NCBI GenBank assembly: GCA_040954595.2
Contig: CM082583.2
Coordinates: forward strand, 7,748,849 to 7,812,848
DNA: 64,000 nt
From: Balanoglossus misakiensis
Taxonomy: Eukaryota; Animalia; Hemichordata
Direction of reading: 5' to 3'
The position numbers and the translations under genes were made by a program. The notes under the pieces were generated by a model, which was given only the letters and a program-made list of their open reading frames with translations, made no database searches and was not told where the DNA came from. Shown piece by piece: positions 12,601 through 28,100 of this stretch (its first letter is position 1; each line of letters opens with the position of its first letter).

Positions 12601-15600
12601 GGTTGCCTCTTAACCTTCAAGTGGTTGTTTATAGGAAACCGTGAAACACAATTCCAAGTGTATCGCTGTTTAAGGAGAACATTTCCATTACTGACTTACA
12701 AAAAAACACTACATCCAATTCGCAGTAAACGTTTGACGGGCGAGACAAGCGAATAATAGAGGTCGTCGGTGCTGATGTCCGATGTAAAACAACTCAGATT
12801 CAAATTAAAGGAACCTGCATCAGCCAGTCCTTGAATCATTAGAAGGAACATAAAAGATTGACAGTCCAATTTCTCTAGCCACACTGAAAAACACCGAGGA
12901 GATTGGCACTTTAATTTCTGGTGCTGTCAAAAACGTCACTTCAAGTTGGAAAGGCGAGAAGATAGCACCAATAAATAGACCGCCAGAAGGAAAATAGGAC
13001 TGGAAATCTCTTGATTAGCATACAGAGTGTGAACTTGGACCATATTGTAGAAAGTGACATGCGATTTGTCCAGAAAGACTTGCTTGACCTAGTTTCCAAG
13101 ATATCTGATGAACCTTCATTTCCGTTACTTTGGATATTACCTGCAAAACCATCGCCCTCTTGAGCTACTTTTCGCTTTGTGCTAGGCGATACACTTTATG
13201 AAAGTAAGCCTTGGAATGCATAAACAGTGACAGCAAGTCCACACATATCATTCTTTTAAAAATAATTCCGCTCGCCAGACGTTTTTAATGTGCTACTTAA
13301 GCATACGCCAGTTTTCAAAGATGGATCTTTCATTTTTGATGGATTGTCTTTTTTTAAGATTCACTTGAAGATTCATCGTCATTCTATATTTTCAAGTCTC
13401 CATTTTTTTCTTGTACAAACAGCGGCAATGTTCTTTCTCGCTCTCTTTTTACACAGAGTCACTTAAGTCTAATGTGCCCAATACTCCAGATAGTCTGATG
13501 TATAGGCCGGTGTCCATCGGTGATACACGTATCCCAATACGCGGTTATACGATATCGTATTTTGTGGCCTTGGTGATATCGGTCGCCCATCCCCTCTGTC
13601 GCCGTAACAAAGAACGTGCGACAGGAGAATTAATACAATAACTCTACTTCATGGTGTTTGCTAATCCCGAGGGAACGCCATATTAGCAAGTAATAGCGCC
13701 GAAAAGATATCCATCTCGCGACCTATATGAGCAAGAAAGGAGATGGTATCACAACTATCGTCAGTCCTCCATTTTGAAAGAATACGACCCCTGGTCGTGT
13801 GTTCCTTTCTTTCCATAAAAAGCCACGCAAAGTATTCAGTTACTTTTATCCCCTGCCTCCATTGATTCAAAGTAAATGATGTCACATTTCCGATATTTAC
13901 GTATTATAGTTTTTTGTATAAACATTGATATTTGTCCTCTGACCTTGCTTCATATTTGTGTGAGGTGACTACATGTTTCGCTGAGTTCCCCAAAGAAAAA
14001 GTACAAACACGAGCAGCTGGCTTGACAGCTGTCTATTTACATTAGATAAACTCTAATGGCCTTATGCATAAAAACTATAAAGAAAACAGACTGAATGGAT
14101 TTTATTCATCTGACAGACGCGAGCTAAGAAAACACAGTGTGGTGATATCACCTTTAAAGTGTAGCTCTTTAAATACATAACGGTGTTTACCCTGGCAGAG
14201 AGTCGCCTACAGGTATTATCGACTTTCGCGTAAAAGGTAAAAAGTACAAGCATGTTCGCCCTGTGTTCTTTTTTGCTCTTCCAACTGTCAACTGGAATGT
14301 ATTTACCCGCCCGTCTGCTGCGAGATTGTCAACCGTGCATGCAAACACCAGAATTAAACAAGAACCATGGTATCTGATTAGGGATTTGAGGACAAGGCAC
14401 TCGGAAATCCTGATGGTTACACCATCACGTTATCCAACCGGCTATGCATATATATACACGGGTGGCGTCGACGAGTGGCGAACGAGTCGGCAATCATCGC
14501 CGGTCTAGTGACCAGAAAACTGTGCGCCCGGCACACTGTTGCCGTGAACTGATGACGGCGACCCCTTTTAATGCAAATAGGAACTATTTATGGAAACAGA
14601 ATTCTACACCTTTTCTTGAAAGCGTCAAATAGTGCACACAATGCCTCGCCATTCACACGTACGTGTACCTTGAGGCTGTGACTCCTTTTCCATTCGCGCT
14701 GTCTACATCATTATTCATACACGTTTGCATATTTTGGTGTCAGTGTAAGAAATGAACACAGTGAAATATACGACCTACTCCAGGAATGTTTGGCAAGGCT
14801 TCATTTAAGTGGGCATTGCAATTAAATTAAATCAAGCTAAAATCTCACAAAAGAGTGCACGACAGAGAAGCAAATTGCTGGTACCGGTTTAATTGTTGTC
14901 TCCAGGAATTTCGATCCAACAAGCATTTCACATCGTAGAAACAATAACGGGGAGGGGGGTATTATACAATCTGTATAAAAGAAAATCCAATTTACATTTA
15001 TCACAAGGAATAAATATGCCGCCGACAACAAGGGTGATGATATCAACAAAAATGTGTGACGCCACTCTAAGGGTGCATCCTCAATTCTTGAAATATTAAG
15101 CGCGTCATTCGGACACTATTAATCCATTAGGCTAAAACGAATGCACATTTCCATAGCGTGAAATGACATTTCCATATAAACTTAATTACGTATTCATCAA
15201 ACGCTGACGATAAACGAAATCACGAAATGGTCGCATTATGTAAAGCGAAAGTAATGGAATGTTTACAACTTTTCTAATTAAACATCGAGCGGAGAAATGT
15301 AAATATTGCTACAGCCAGCGAAATCATTGTTGTGCTTCCTCTGAAACTTCTTACGTCGATAAGAAACTTCTCCGATAGGTTAATATTGACGACGTGACTA
15401 GAGCAACCAAGTCATGGAAATGTAGCTGCGAATTATTTTACTGACACAAGTGCTGCCAGTGTATTGCAACATTAATATACTTGGCCAAAATATTTTGAAA
15501 ATTACAATTTTTTTAATTATTAAGTGCGGTTTCTATATGTGACAATTAGTAATCAGAGTCACTCATAAATGTTGCGTAGCGTATCCGCTACAGTAATCAA

Positions 15601-18600
15601 TTTAATTTCAAATTGCAGGAGTGATTCAGCTTACATAATCGTATGCATATTGCCGGAGGAAACAATTTTAGTCGAAAGGCTTTTATTCTAACAGCATCAC
15701 TCATCAGTGATGCAGATTACATTTTATGCCAAGAAAGCGCCTCTCGATTATTCAACTTCTGTCCAGATTTTTTTTTCTTATTCGTGAAGCGGACGAGTTG
15801 GAGTCCAATCCGCCTTCGTGGCGACTTTCGGTTTCCTCGCCCGGAGCGCTGTTGACTCCCAGCAGTCCTCAGCGGAAGACTGCGTCCACGTTTGGATGCT
15901 GTCTGCTCTGGGAATCATCATACGCGGAAACACGTATCCACGTCGTCTCTTCTCCACGTCCGTGTAATCTGATACTGGCGTTTAAAAACATGAAGCAAAT
16001 GTACAGAATGGCACACACCGATGAAGTTATTAGATTTCCGACATAACCCCTTTGTTCATCTTTTTTGGAATCATTCACGGTTCCGGACATCTATGCATGC
16101 ATGCATCCGCTGCCTTGGTTTTTAATAAAGGTGCGGTTGCATGGATAGACATATAGAGGTCGTCGCTAGTTGGTTATTTAGATTTTCCAGATACGTAAAC
16201 CGACTTTGCTTCTATTTGAAAAGTTATTACAACCTGTAGATGCGTACACGAAATGTGCCCATAACCTTCATACTTTGAATGAGTCTGTGAAATAACGTCG
16301 GTAATTTTTCTTTATTTTCTCAGAAATTCATATCCTGTAACCCACAAGTGGCATGGTCTTGCGAACATGGGACTCTGAGAATCGCACGTTGTGCATCTGA
16401 TATAGTTCCTGCGTCAATTTGTTCTCCGGATTCACGTATAAAGATGTTTAATGGCAACTCTCTAGATTTAAACAAGTAAGTGGACTTCCGTTTTGGTTTC
16501 AAAAGGAGAATCTTCTTTGTGAAAGATGTTAGTCTGTATACCGTTCATAGAAGAGCAATCACCTCCTGAAGACCACACGCTTTATCTAAAATGTTATTAG
16601 ATTCGGTGGTTGCCAAGGAACTACTTCTTCGCGCGCGGCGTGACCTGATTATTTGAAGCCATTCGATTACCCCAATGATCGTTGTTAACAGAGATGTTTT
16701 CTAAAATCGCACTTCGCGTTCGAGCTGTCGTCGCCAAATATGCAAATTAAACAACCACGCGCACTCGCGATTTAGTGCCTGCGCAAACACGCCTAAGGCG
16801 TAGTAATTTTCAGCATCAAATAAAGTGTTTGTTTTAAAAGTAACAAATGGGGAACGAAGTGCAATGCCACTGTCACACACCCAGTCAGTCACGTGATCCT
16901 CTCGGTGTGCATATTAAATGAAACACACGAATAACGGTTCAAATCTGCAGACCTGTAGGTTTGTGTATACCATTGTTCATCCAGTAGCACTAGTAGCTAA
17001 GTTATCGCCAAGCGACTATGCATTATAGCAGACCTATACATAATTATTCATAAATTGAGAAACATTCAACTCTGTCGGTACATCTGTAGAGATGACGGGG
17101 CTCTTCCGTTTCCCTACTCCTATTTTAGATGGCACTTTACATTCAGTCCGTAACCCCGGTGTACTTTAAAGGATTGATGGGATTCTGATGATATTTCAAA
17201 CCGTTATAAGAATTGATATAAGTGAGACTGATATGGCGATCTTTTAGCGGTACGATAAAAAGTGAGAGGAATAATAATGAGGCATGGCCAGCGATAGCTG
17301 AACAAAGACGTGACACGACTGTAAGTTTGTAATATAGGTAAATAGGTAGACAGGAATAATTTTAGAAGTGCATACTCTGATTTTGGTATTTGACGACTGA
17401 AAAAAGTGTGTAGATGTTGAAAGATGCAGGACCGTAAAATTCAGTCGCGCTGTGGACAGTGGTCTAATCAACGATGAAATACTAAATTTTATATTCAAAT
17501 AATAGCAACATTAGACATCAAGGTGTGCTCCATCTTTAGTGCCCTATATAATACACCCACGAAGAACAATATGCCCATAATATGCTAATGAGTAATTGGC
17601 ACCGCCTAATAAGAAACCAAGAATTGTATATAGTGGAGGCACTTTACAAATCACACGTCGTACATGTAATGCTAATGAACATGTAGAATTGTACTCTAGG
17701 GAGCGGAAATAGGAAAGGCGCGAAATAAATTAACCGGATATACAGTCAGGCGGAGTTCACACTTTATTAACTTTCTAAGAGGCGAGAAAAAACAAATTCG
17801 GACATCGAAGAGTTGAAACGTTATATATGGAAATTTGCAGTTGAATTTAGGTGTCACACTTTCACAGCATGTGACCAATACGGCGTCTATCAATGATCGT
17901 TAGTTTGCCGGGACCGATACACACATGCCAGAACTACCTGTGGCGTTGTTAACTCAATTAATTGCCGTCGTGGGTTTACCCTTGATGAGGGGACGCACCA
18001 GCAAATTGTGACAAATAACGCGATGTGTATAGACTATACAGCTGAGGGTTTTGTGGCGGGTAATTAGTAGTTAGTTATATTTAGTAGGGTCCGCGAATGA
18101 GCACTGTCGGCAGGGAGTACGAAGGTAAATCACATATTGTGATGTTCTGAAAACAAATGATTAACACCGATATAAAACGAAGCAGGGTTCTCCACGGTCG
18201 GTAAAATACCAATGACATGCCAATTCAATCAGTGTATGGTTATCTGGAGAAGGCAGCAAACGCCATTGATGTCATCCCCACACTGCCCAGTACGCTCCGC
18301 CAACGATGCATTGCAAATAGCGAATAGAATCTCACCTGAGACATATTTAATACCAAATTCCAGTACATAAAGGGAATTATAGGCACACTGTTTACTTCAC
18401 TAAAAGCCATTCTCCTGTGTAGGCAAAGAATATTACGTGTGATCACAGTATAGTATTCGGCCTTCCATGGCCTCTACACACATATAAAGAAACAGAAGCC
18501 GACTATAATATGTTGAAATTACATAAATGGTACATTCATGTTCAGAAATTGCACTGCGTGTTCCAAAAGAAGGACAAATTCCCCAGAATTGGGTCGTGTA

Positions 18601-19678
18601 ACCTTTGCCTGCCAGGGTTCAGTGCAGCTGTAACGTAATAGTTATCAAACAATGCAACGCAAGCTGTCTATTGGATTACCTGCCCGTGGGTGTGATATAT
18701 TGGCGTTTAACACATACCGTCACGTGATCGCGTATATACCCGCAGCTACCGATACCGCCATCTCAGCGAAGTGACTGATATGTCTCTCGGTCTCAAGGAG
18801 CCGTGGCGAGTGTGTTACACGCCGAAATTCAGCAAGATCGTGTTACTAATGATGCATCATCACCATTAAAGTTTTAACGGCTAATTTCATTCTTCAGGCC
18901 GGGTGCTCCTCTTCATCCTCCCGAGAGTCTGGATCCCGTGTCTTGTTATCGAACCAGAAATGCAGCGCCGATTCAAATTCAAATTTAATTCCCTTCTGCG
19001 CCTGGGCTTCATTTCAGAGCCGTCGTCAAATGATCATGGCTCGACTTGACTTTCGCCATGTCTTCACACAAACGGGTTACCCCCATAAATGCAAAACCAG
19101 CCGTTTTCTTTATCGTCTTTCACGTAAACTTAAACGCTTTCCCGTTTTATGAAACCGTCAAAGCGGAACGATAGCTTATGAAGCCAGAAAAAGTAATCGA
19201 AAAAAAAAACATACAAGTAAATAGTCTCTTTCTGTGGAGACATAAATCTCGCGGGGCTTCCGTGGACTCTGTGCTGAAAGTCTAGTGTGATTGAATGCCA
19301 GGTGAGGGCTAATCATTTATTTTTAGCCAACGTCGACGAAATGTGAATAGCGTAGATTAAGCAAGCGAAAACATTCCGTCCCGCCATTTCATGTTCACAT
19401 TACATTAAATTTGTTTAAGAAGGCAATGAATTCGGGCCAGAATACACCCCACAGCTTTTAATAGTGGCTAGGTCACGGACTATCTCACAAACAGTGTAGA
19501 TTAGATGCAACATCCAATTTCTGCAGAAGGCCACTGATTCACGAGAACTTGCAAAGAGATTACACGGATGTATAAAATCCAATCAGAGGGTACTGCAACT
19601 TCAAAGCTCACAAAATGGTCAGTGAGGTGTAAGTGCTATGATTTTTTAAACACTTCGCCCGGAAATAATACTATCTTT

Positions 19679-19860
<182 letters not shown>

Positions 19861-21482
19861 GTTTTGCAATTCCTCGAGTATTGATTTTCTGCCAGGATAA
19901 CAGTACAGTGTACTTTAGCGTCTGCACTCCGAACAACTGTCTACTAACATCAATCACTGTCGCTGATTATCCCTATAGAATCTCCATATATTTACTTGTC
20001 TGAGTCGCTTTTATTGCTTAATACCATAACTCCATATTTTATTGTAGAACTTAAATATTACATCGATTTTATATTACGTGATTTTCCGAATGAGTTTACC
20101 GAATATTTCTGTTGTCAGGGGCAGGTAACCGCCATCGAATTTTGATGTTACACAGCTGTGAAGGCTTCCATTAGTATACCGCGGTAACGGTTGTTTATTA
20201 ATAATATCACGTTATAGAGAATCCCACAATGCGTCATATTTTGACCGAGATAGATATGTGCATGTTATAAGATATCCAATGAATTCGGCCTTTAATTGAC
20301 ACTTAGTCCACTAAATACATAGTTTCCTGTGTTTTATGAAAGTCTTGAAGTCATGCCGCCTTTCCTGGAAGGTATTTGTGTGATGATGCTCTTTGCCTGC
20401 ATTAGTCTGTTCGTTCACCAAAAAGGGCGAAACGCCGAATCCCGTTCAAATTTAATCCGGGACAGCTGATGCCACGATAATTAAGACACCGTTCGATGGA
20501 AATTTACTTCATTAATATCTTGAGGCTGAGTGACCAGGCGCTTTTATACCGAGAGCACTTAACCAGTCGCTGTACATTTTTGTGGAAACTTTTATCCCAC
20601 CGTATATACGGCGATTTTCCGTTTTATCAATCAAAACTGGACACATTGAAATAGAATGGATCCCGAATTCAAAGGCACGCCCACCCGAGCCGCGCGTCGC
20701 TATGTTTCCTTCCAATGAGGCACACATGAGAACCGTTATACCTAACATCATATTTTCCGGTTGCCGAACTGACGCATATTAAGCGATAACTTTTCTGTAA
20801 ATAGTATCATAAAAACAAACAGCCGAGGGAATCAGCGTCTGAGAGGTTGTTGCAAAGACTATCAAGTGTGCTTTTCTGGTTTACGGCGACCTCCGTCAGC
20901 TGGGCGAACCTAATTGCGAAATTAAACGTAATTCATAATTTCGTCTGAATACTGTGAGCTTAGTTTCCTGGTGATCCGTTGTGCACACAGTGCCAGCCCT
21001 GTAGCGCGCAATACTGTGCCGGGAGATTACCGGCCCATGCTCACGGTGCGGTGAATCACGAACCGATTCCTAATTTTCTGAATACTTAGTAAATGTCATC
21101 AGCATGAAACCTCCGATTTTGTTTCTCTCACGGAGTTGATATGAGAAAGCGGACACCAAATTCTGTGACTGTCAGACAGTCTGCCCCGAGGATGCACAAT
21201 TTCGTCATAGAAAGCCGATAACAAAGATTGTGCAGGAGCGCCAGAGAGCCTCATTTGACCGTAAAGATGACTGGGTATAGAATTTTGAACGATTGGATCA
21301 ACTGGTGAGAAAACAGAGTTTAGGTTTCAGCTCCATCATGCGACAAATTGTCTATTTCTACATTTAAAGTGCAGCAAAATTCTGAACGATGTAATAGAGT
21401 TGAACTTCACATTAAACCGATATTTGGATCGTGATTGGTACCTCTTTGTACTATATATTAATTGCAGATAGCTAGGGTAGAT

Positions 21483-21709
<227 letters not shown>

Positions 21710-24700
21710 CTGTAGTAGATAAAGTTTAGACTTCTATTAGTTAATGTTATACTATTTTGATTATTTTATTTCCACAATTTGCGCGCTAGTCAATTAATCA
21801 AACCCTACTCACACATCCGGCAATTTAAGCGATTAACGCCCATCTTAATCAAATAAAAGATTCTATCGGCCGATATAACGCAGCCATAACTAACGACAGG
21901 AAGCTTAGTTAATGGCGAATTTATATTTCATGTACGAATTTCGCGTACGAGTACTAAGAAAAGAAAATCAAATCAAATCCACTGGTATAATTAACCCAAC
22001 GTTAATGAATATTGACAGTGACAGTAATGACCGAGAGAAATTAAACCTTCTGGGGGTTTCCGAGTTAATTACCGACGTCGGTTTCTGAATGATTGCTTGA
22101 ATATTCATGCGTCATAATAAGCAGTCAAGTGCATGAGCGATTATGTCTGGAAAAACCCATATCAAGATTAGCATTTACCTGCATTGCACGTTTCAGGGAT
22201 ATAGTGGCATACGCACATTAATCGCTCGGGAATAAATCATGATATTTGTCAAGCCAGGAGAGATATTTTGATTGATTTATTATTTTTATGCTTTTTTCTT
22301 ATTTGCTGCCCTGCAGTAAAAGACCTGCTGATAAAGCTGGCATTACTTCCCGAATGTATTGGACATTAATACACGGGATTATGTTTCTTTTGTGTATGCG
22401 ATTCACCGAATTTTAACGACTATACCTATCGGAGAAGTGTTTACTCAAGTGCGCAATTCTTTCTTGAAGCTAAACACAGATGCAGATTTGCTTCCACGGG
22501 AAAGTCTTTGTTGAATGGATTAGAGAATATGTTACCTCCTCTCCTCATAAAACATTTACCAAGTTTTGGTTGCCGTTAAGCCCTTTCTTGCAACAACACT
22601 TTGAGCCATGTTTTCCTAATATATGTTAGTGGACACGTGCACGCCACGATGTGCCATCTGGCTTGTTCCAAGACCCAATGGGAGAACAGAAACTCGCGGG
22701 GTCTCACGTGGAGTTTGGAAACCGGTCGATGTCGTTGTCCGCCGCCATATATATATATATACATGTACTCATATATCTATAAGTCGCTGTCGCATAATTC
22801 TTTCTTGGTTTGTGACGTATCAAGGATGGTCGAAGCAGCACGTGCACTGCCGCATCGAACAATTAAGAGTGACATCTGCCCCGCATGGAAAATCTTGCCT
22901 GACGTTCAGGATGCACGCATTTGCCGGGAAGCGGTAATTTCCCTCTGCATCGTGCCTTTATAATATTGATTTTGGACAATGGATTGAGTGACGTGTTCTC
23001 TTTTATAGAATCTACTCATGAGCTGTTGATAAAAATATTCTTGAAACATTCCAAGAGCGAAACCCATAACTACAAGTTTTATGTTCGCTTATTCCACGAC
23101 AAAGGGTGGAAATGAACACTACAGTGACATTTTCAACATCCTTTGCAGTAATGTTTGTGAACCGCCGTCGTATATCTGAGAAAGCCATGCACATTTTGAT
23201 AGCAATGATTGATGACATAACGCGTTTCAAATATTAAACGTGTAATATTAGAACGAGTAAGGAAATGGCGACAAAGTTGGACTCCGTAAAAAGCTAATTC
23301 ATCATTATGCATCCACGTGATATTGGGACCATGATCCATCAAAATAAGAATAAAGGTTAAGAGTGGAGAAAGAAATTGCTATGTATGAAAAAAAATCTTC
23401 TTCTTTCCTTCTGAGATATGAGTATCGCCAAAACTGAACATTTACCAGGATCTTTCATACATGCGTTTAAAGTCATAAAGAGTTCTACCCCATTTTTCAA
23501 AGGAAACATGCATTTGTCTTCAATTCCACTAAAGCGCCTGTCACGACTTTAGAAACGTCCTCTTATAGTTTCAAAATCAAGATTTACAAGAATTAAGCAT
23601 CGCTACAAACTCATTATTTATCTATATTGTGCCTTACTGCGACATAGTTTGGGAAAAAAGCATGAACAAATGGTTTAGTGTTATTATATTTTGACTTTGA
23701 TGAAACGATAATGATAACCTCCAGACGAGCTGACGCCTAATATGCGACCCGGGGCAAATGTTTACCTGTTTAAAAAAGATTGTCTGGATAAAATTCGCTG
23801 GTCTGTTTTGCATTTATCAACGCTGGGGTTTATTTTCATCGTATCTAGGCGATGAATCACCGCTGGTGAAAATGCATAGCCGTGGAAACGTTATAGTGTT
23901 CGGTGACATGAGGACTGATCACACGTTCTCTGAAACGCTTTGACATATACCCCTGTGCAGATGGTGTTAATCAACGCGACAAACAGCTTCGCTAAGAAAA
24001 GAATGCCAAAAATATATACGGCATCAATCAAACGAGAACAGGTGTTTAATCAACGCATTCCCGTTACCTAGAGATGAAGGTAGTTCGCTACAGGCCCGCA
24101 AAATCCAATCCTCCTTACGGGAGCTGCCCTAGTCTGCAATGGACTTTGCTGCTTGCAAATGTACAATGCCACTCGGCTATAGCAATTGCTGTATACTCTT
24201 GCGTATTGAGGTTCCTCATTCACACAAAGTTCGCCTCCCCACCTGTTTGCTGCAGGAGACACAATTAAGCACCGTATGTTTTTTTAGAGCAAGGGGCATG
24301 CCATACCATTGTGATTGTTTCAACTGCCTTGCTGTTGGCGTCACTGACTATGTAAATGACGTGTACGCGGGATTGTTATTCGTTTGACATATTCGCAAGG
24401 TTCTGCGAGAGTTTTTTGCAATGGTCTCTTGATTCAGTGATCTGATTCAATAAACGGCAATATCGATATCAAGTTACAAAACATGACCACTTCAGCAGAA
24501 AATCCGGTAAACGTGACTAATAGTATAGGAGCTGCAATAGGTCACCGATCTCTGCTGGGTTGAGTTTACCCGCGCATGGGTGAAACTTTAAGTTTGTATT
24601 AATACAAATTAACTACGAGTAGTTTTTTCCCTAAACGTTTATGAATCAAGTCTGAGGAGAGTGGTGTATAAACATGTATACTCCATGTAGAGTAACCTTT

Positions 24701-25040
24701 TATGACTGATTTCGCGAGACCCTGAAATAGAATGAGGAGTGTACAAGTTCAAGATAGGGTTTCAAGTTGGATTTCCGTTCATGGTGAGTTCAGTAAAGTA
24801 GCTCGGTGATTGCTCCCGTATAAAGCCATATAGATTTCGTGGATCAATTTACTGCAGCCTAATATGGAATGCGATATTGGCAAATGGCACATTATATTAC
24901 TCTAAATTGGTTGATAAGAAGTCGCCCAGCTATTAACACAAGATGTAGGTAATGGTGACACAGAAAATGGCGTTGTGTACGTCCATTTGATCCACTCATC
25001 CATCGATCAGTCAGTCCAAACTGAGAGATGGGGAAAACAG

Positions 25041-25107
25041 TCAGACAGGCAGGCAGGCAGACAGACAGACAGACAGACGGACGGACATATATGCATGCAT
25101 GCATGCA
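25041..25107. repeat. Short compound (CAGG)/(CAGA)/(CGGA)/(ATGC) microsatellite
   Basis: Directly visible. Confidence 0.85.
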
Positions 25108-28100
25108 GAAAAGCTGGAGATCTGATGATTTTTAATGATTTGGTATAATTCGTGGCTGCATTCATTTGACTTTAAATTAGATTAATTAACTGAATGTCTT
25201 GTGACAAGCCCGCGCAATATCGCAATATATCCCTAACAATAAATGCATATTGCCAACCCTATGTCTGATAATTGCTCCATAATTAACTTATGATAACATG
25301 ATAATTAAACTCCGGGCACGTGTTAAGCATACGGCACAATAAACATGGTTTTTAATAGGCTGAACATTGATTATATAATGTGAACGAGAAAAAAACAATA
25401 AATAAAATATTATCGATCAGTTAATAATAATCGGCACGTGTGCCGTGTTAAATACAGGTACCTGTATTCAATCCCACCAGTCAATGACCTCTGATGTACA
25501 TTGTTTGAGTTTAAAATACAAAATGACATTTCTAGTCGCATATCCAACTTGCTTTAGTGATCCCATATTCACAGCAAACGCTAATAATGTTAACATGACT
25601 ACAGAGCTGAATCAGCTTTCTTTGATTGACAATAAAAAACTATAAATGACCTTATTGTCGAAAGCCAATTAGCAACGTCATTATAGATCGGAAGCAAATT
25701 ACCAGTTATAATGAAATACATGCGCTTAACTACTATGCTCCGCCCAAGATATTCCAGGCAGCCATGCATTTTTTTCTTTCCTTTGCCTGCTTTGAGACAG
25801 AAACCGTAATGATAGCTATTTCATTATCATGTTCAATTTCTCGAAAGATATTATCTACGCCAACCTTTGAACATATTCTGGCATTGAATCCCAAGTCCTG
25901 GTTTTCTTTTCAGTTATCAGTTTGAAGTAGAAAAGTAGATAAAAAGGAAGACAAGTTGTTGCCTAGGGAACAGATAACGGAGTAAACCAAGATGAGTACA
26001 TGTAAATCTCTTCCGAGAAACCTAAGCTAAAAAAATGAATATTAACTTAATGATCTGTCATCACGGTGATTGGCTAATGTTCTAATTGTACAGTTTTATC
26101 TCAGAGGTACTGTTTTCTTGTTTCTTGTAGTTAGCATTTTGTCTTCCGATTGCCAATGTCGGTTGTAAAATGAGACAAAAACAATTGTTGCCATAGTAAT
26201 TATATATCCAACTGGTGAACGACGGTTACTGTAGAAACAACTCGTAGACTCGGCTGATTTCGCCCGCGGATGAAATAACACGAAACATGTCGGCTTTGTA
26301 ATTAGTTTCGAATCAAATTACTCTCATGGTAGTGTAAAACGTGTAATGCCGTTTTTGTTGTGCCACACCTGGCACCATCCAGTTGTTTTTTATCTTTTGT
26401 TACACTTGATCTTATTGACACTTGCGGGCACATGCAAGTGTTTTTTTTGTCATTTACTCAATTGGAGTTCTAGGGTCACCTGATATGTTCCAATGTTTGT
26501 TTGTGTAATGTCTTTTCTACTCATCCTGAACCGCTGCTGTTGGCCTTATTTCTCCGTGTTTTGTTGTTCCAGTTAAACGCTGGCCTAGAAAAATTCAGAG
26601 CTTATTAGTTATAATCTTCCATGCATATGTCACATTGCCCTATTGGCCCGGCAAGCAACCTTATGGTTTTCGCAGATTGTACACGTATTATCGCAAGGCG
26701 TGCTCTCCATCACTAGAGAATATTCACCGACAATTTCACCTTACCTTGTATAGTGAATAACCCCAGGCGCGACCTTCAGCGCACTACCTTATTAAAACAC
26801 ACATCTTGGAGCGTGACATATAATAAGATATAAGAAATAGAGATCTTCACATGAGCAAATCAATTTAGAATCACAACATGTTGTGCTTTCCGTTGCTGTC
26901 AAACCTCTGACCTCGAGTTGAACAGCTGACCTATCCACATGCGCAAAAGAAGGGCATAATCCCTTAGTGATGTATCACTCACAAGTGGACGATTAATATC
27001 ATTTGATACAACGGTGCGTGCCATACGGATTCTGTGGGTTCCCGCGCACTTTAAATATGACAGCTTCGATTTTGCGTCATTTTCTAGATTTAATACTAAG
27101 ATAAACCTGGAACGGTCTTTTTTATCGAAACTCAGTTTTTGAATGTGTGCTTTTCCTGTAACTGTTGCTTTCGCCTTACCCTTTTCTTTTTCTGAGTCTC
27201 GGCCCAATCAGTCGCCTAGTCAAATATGCCTGTCGCCTCTATTCAAGCATCACAGTCATTCCAGAGCGCCCATTGCACAGTGTGAAAAATCCGTCATTTT
27301 ATTCTGACAGTCTGTTTACTGGCTAATCTACTCAAAAGAGAAAACTTTAAGAAGTTTTACAGCGAGGATAGAATGTGTTCAAGTCGCTTGTGACTGGGTG
27401 GAAGTATCTCCTCGAATATTTTACCTGCTTTTTACTTTATCGCCCGTTGAATTAGACAACTGACACTGAGACAATGATCACCGCCGATCGATCCGGTTAA
27501 AATTCACCTGACATTTAAATTCTCCTGGCCTTCCGTATCAGTTTCACGCGAACTTTTCTTCCCGAGTTTAGTCACCGCATTATCCAGAGTGACGGCGGAA
27601 AATTTCCGTGGAATACAGCTATTTAACCCGTGGGTCCCAACGGGCATCGGGTGATGTCCGTTCCGGTAACGTTTGCACGAAATGCCTTCCCTGTACAAGA
27701 CTAAAGTAAGCTGTCCACATGCCGTCTTCGTGACAGTCATGTGATCTGTGCTGATAGAAATGTATCGTTGAGGTAAATTGGATGACGTTATCAATCTAAG
27801 TAGAACTTCGCGGCACTTTCTGTAGACTTTTCACCCTTGATTGAGTCCAAGCTCTCTCATTCGGAAGCCCTTAATTGATTGCGCTTCATTACGCCCGTTC
27901 ATTAGACTAAGTTGGGTATTTGCGTTTCTTTCGTCTCTGATCTCCATTAGGGCGGGCTACACAAATAGGACCTAATATAGAGATAATTAGAAGTGTCTTT
28001 CAGAAATCCCAGCTAAATGAGCAAGTTGCCATGTGACACGAAGCATGCACATGTGGGACTCCCACACTGTACCTCGACATTTTTGTATTTGCATATGATG

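Noticed and set aside
13503-13596. hAT-like terminus gatatcggtcgcccatcccct
   Set aside because: The partner end and an 8-bp TSD could not be established.
18881-19152. Strong acceptor (ctaatttcattcttcag) in frame with ORF 18943-19152
   Set aside because: The peptide is unrecognisable and nothing links it to the upstream candidate exons.
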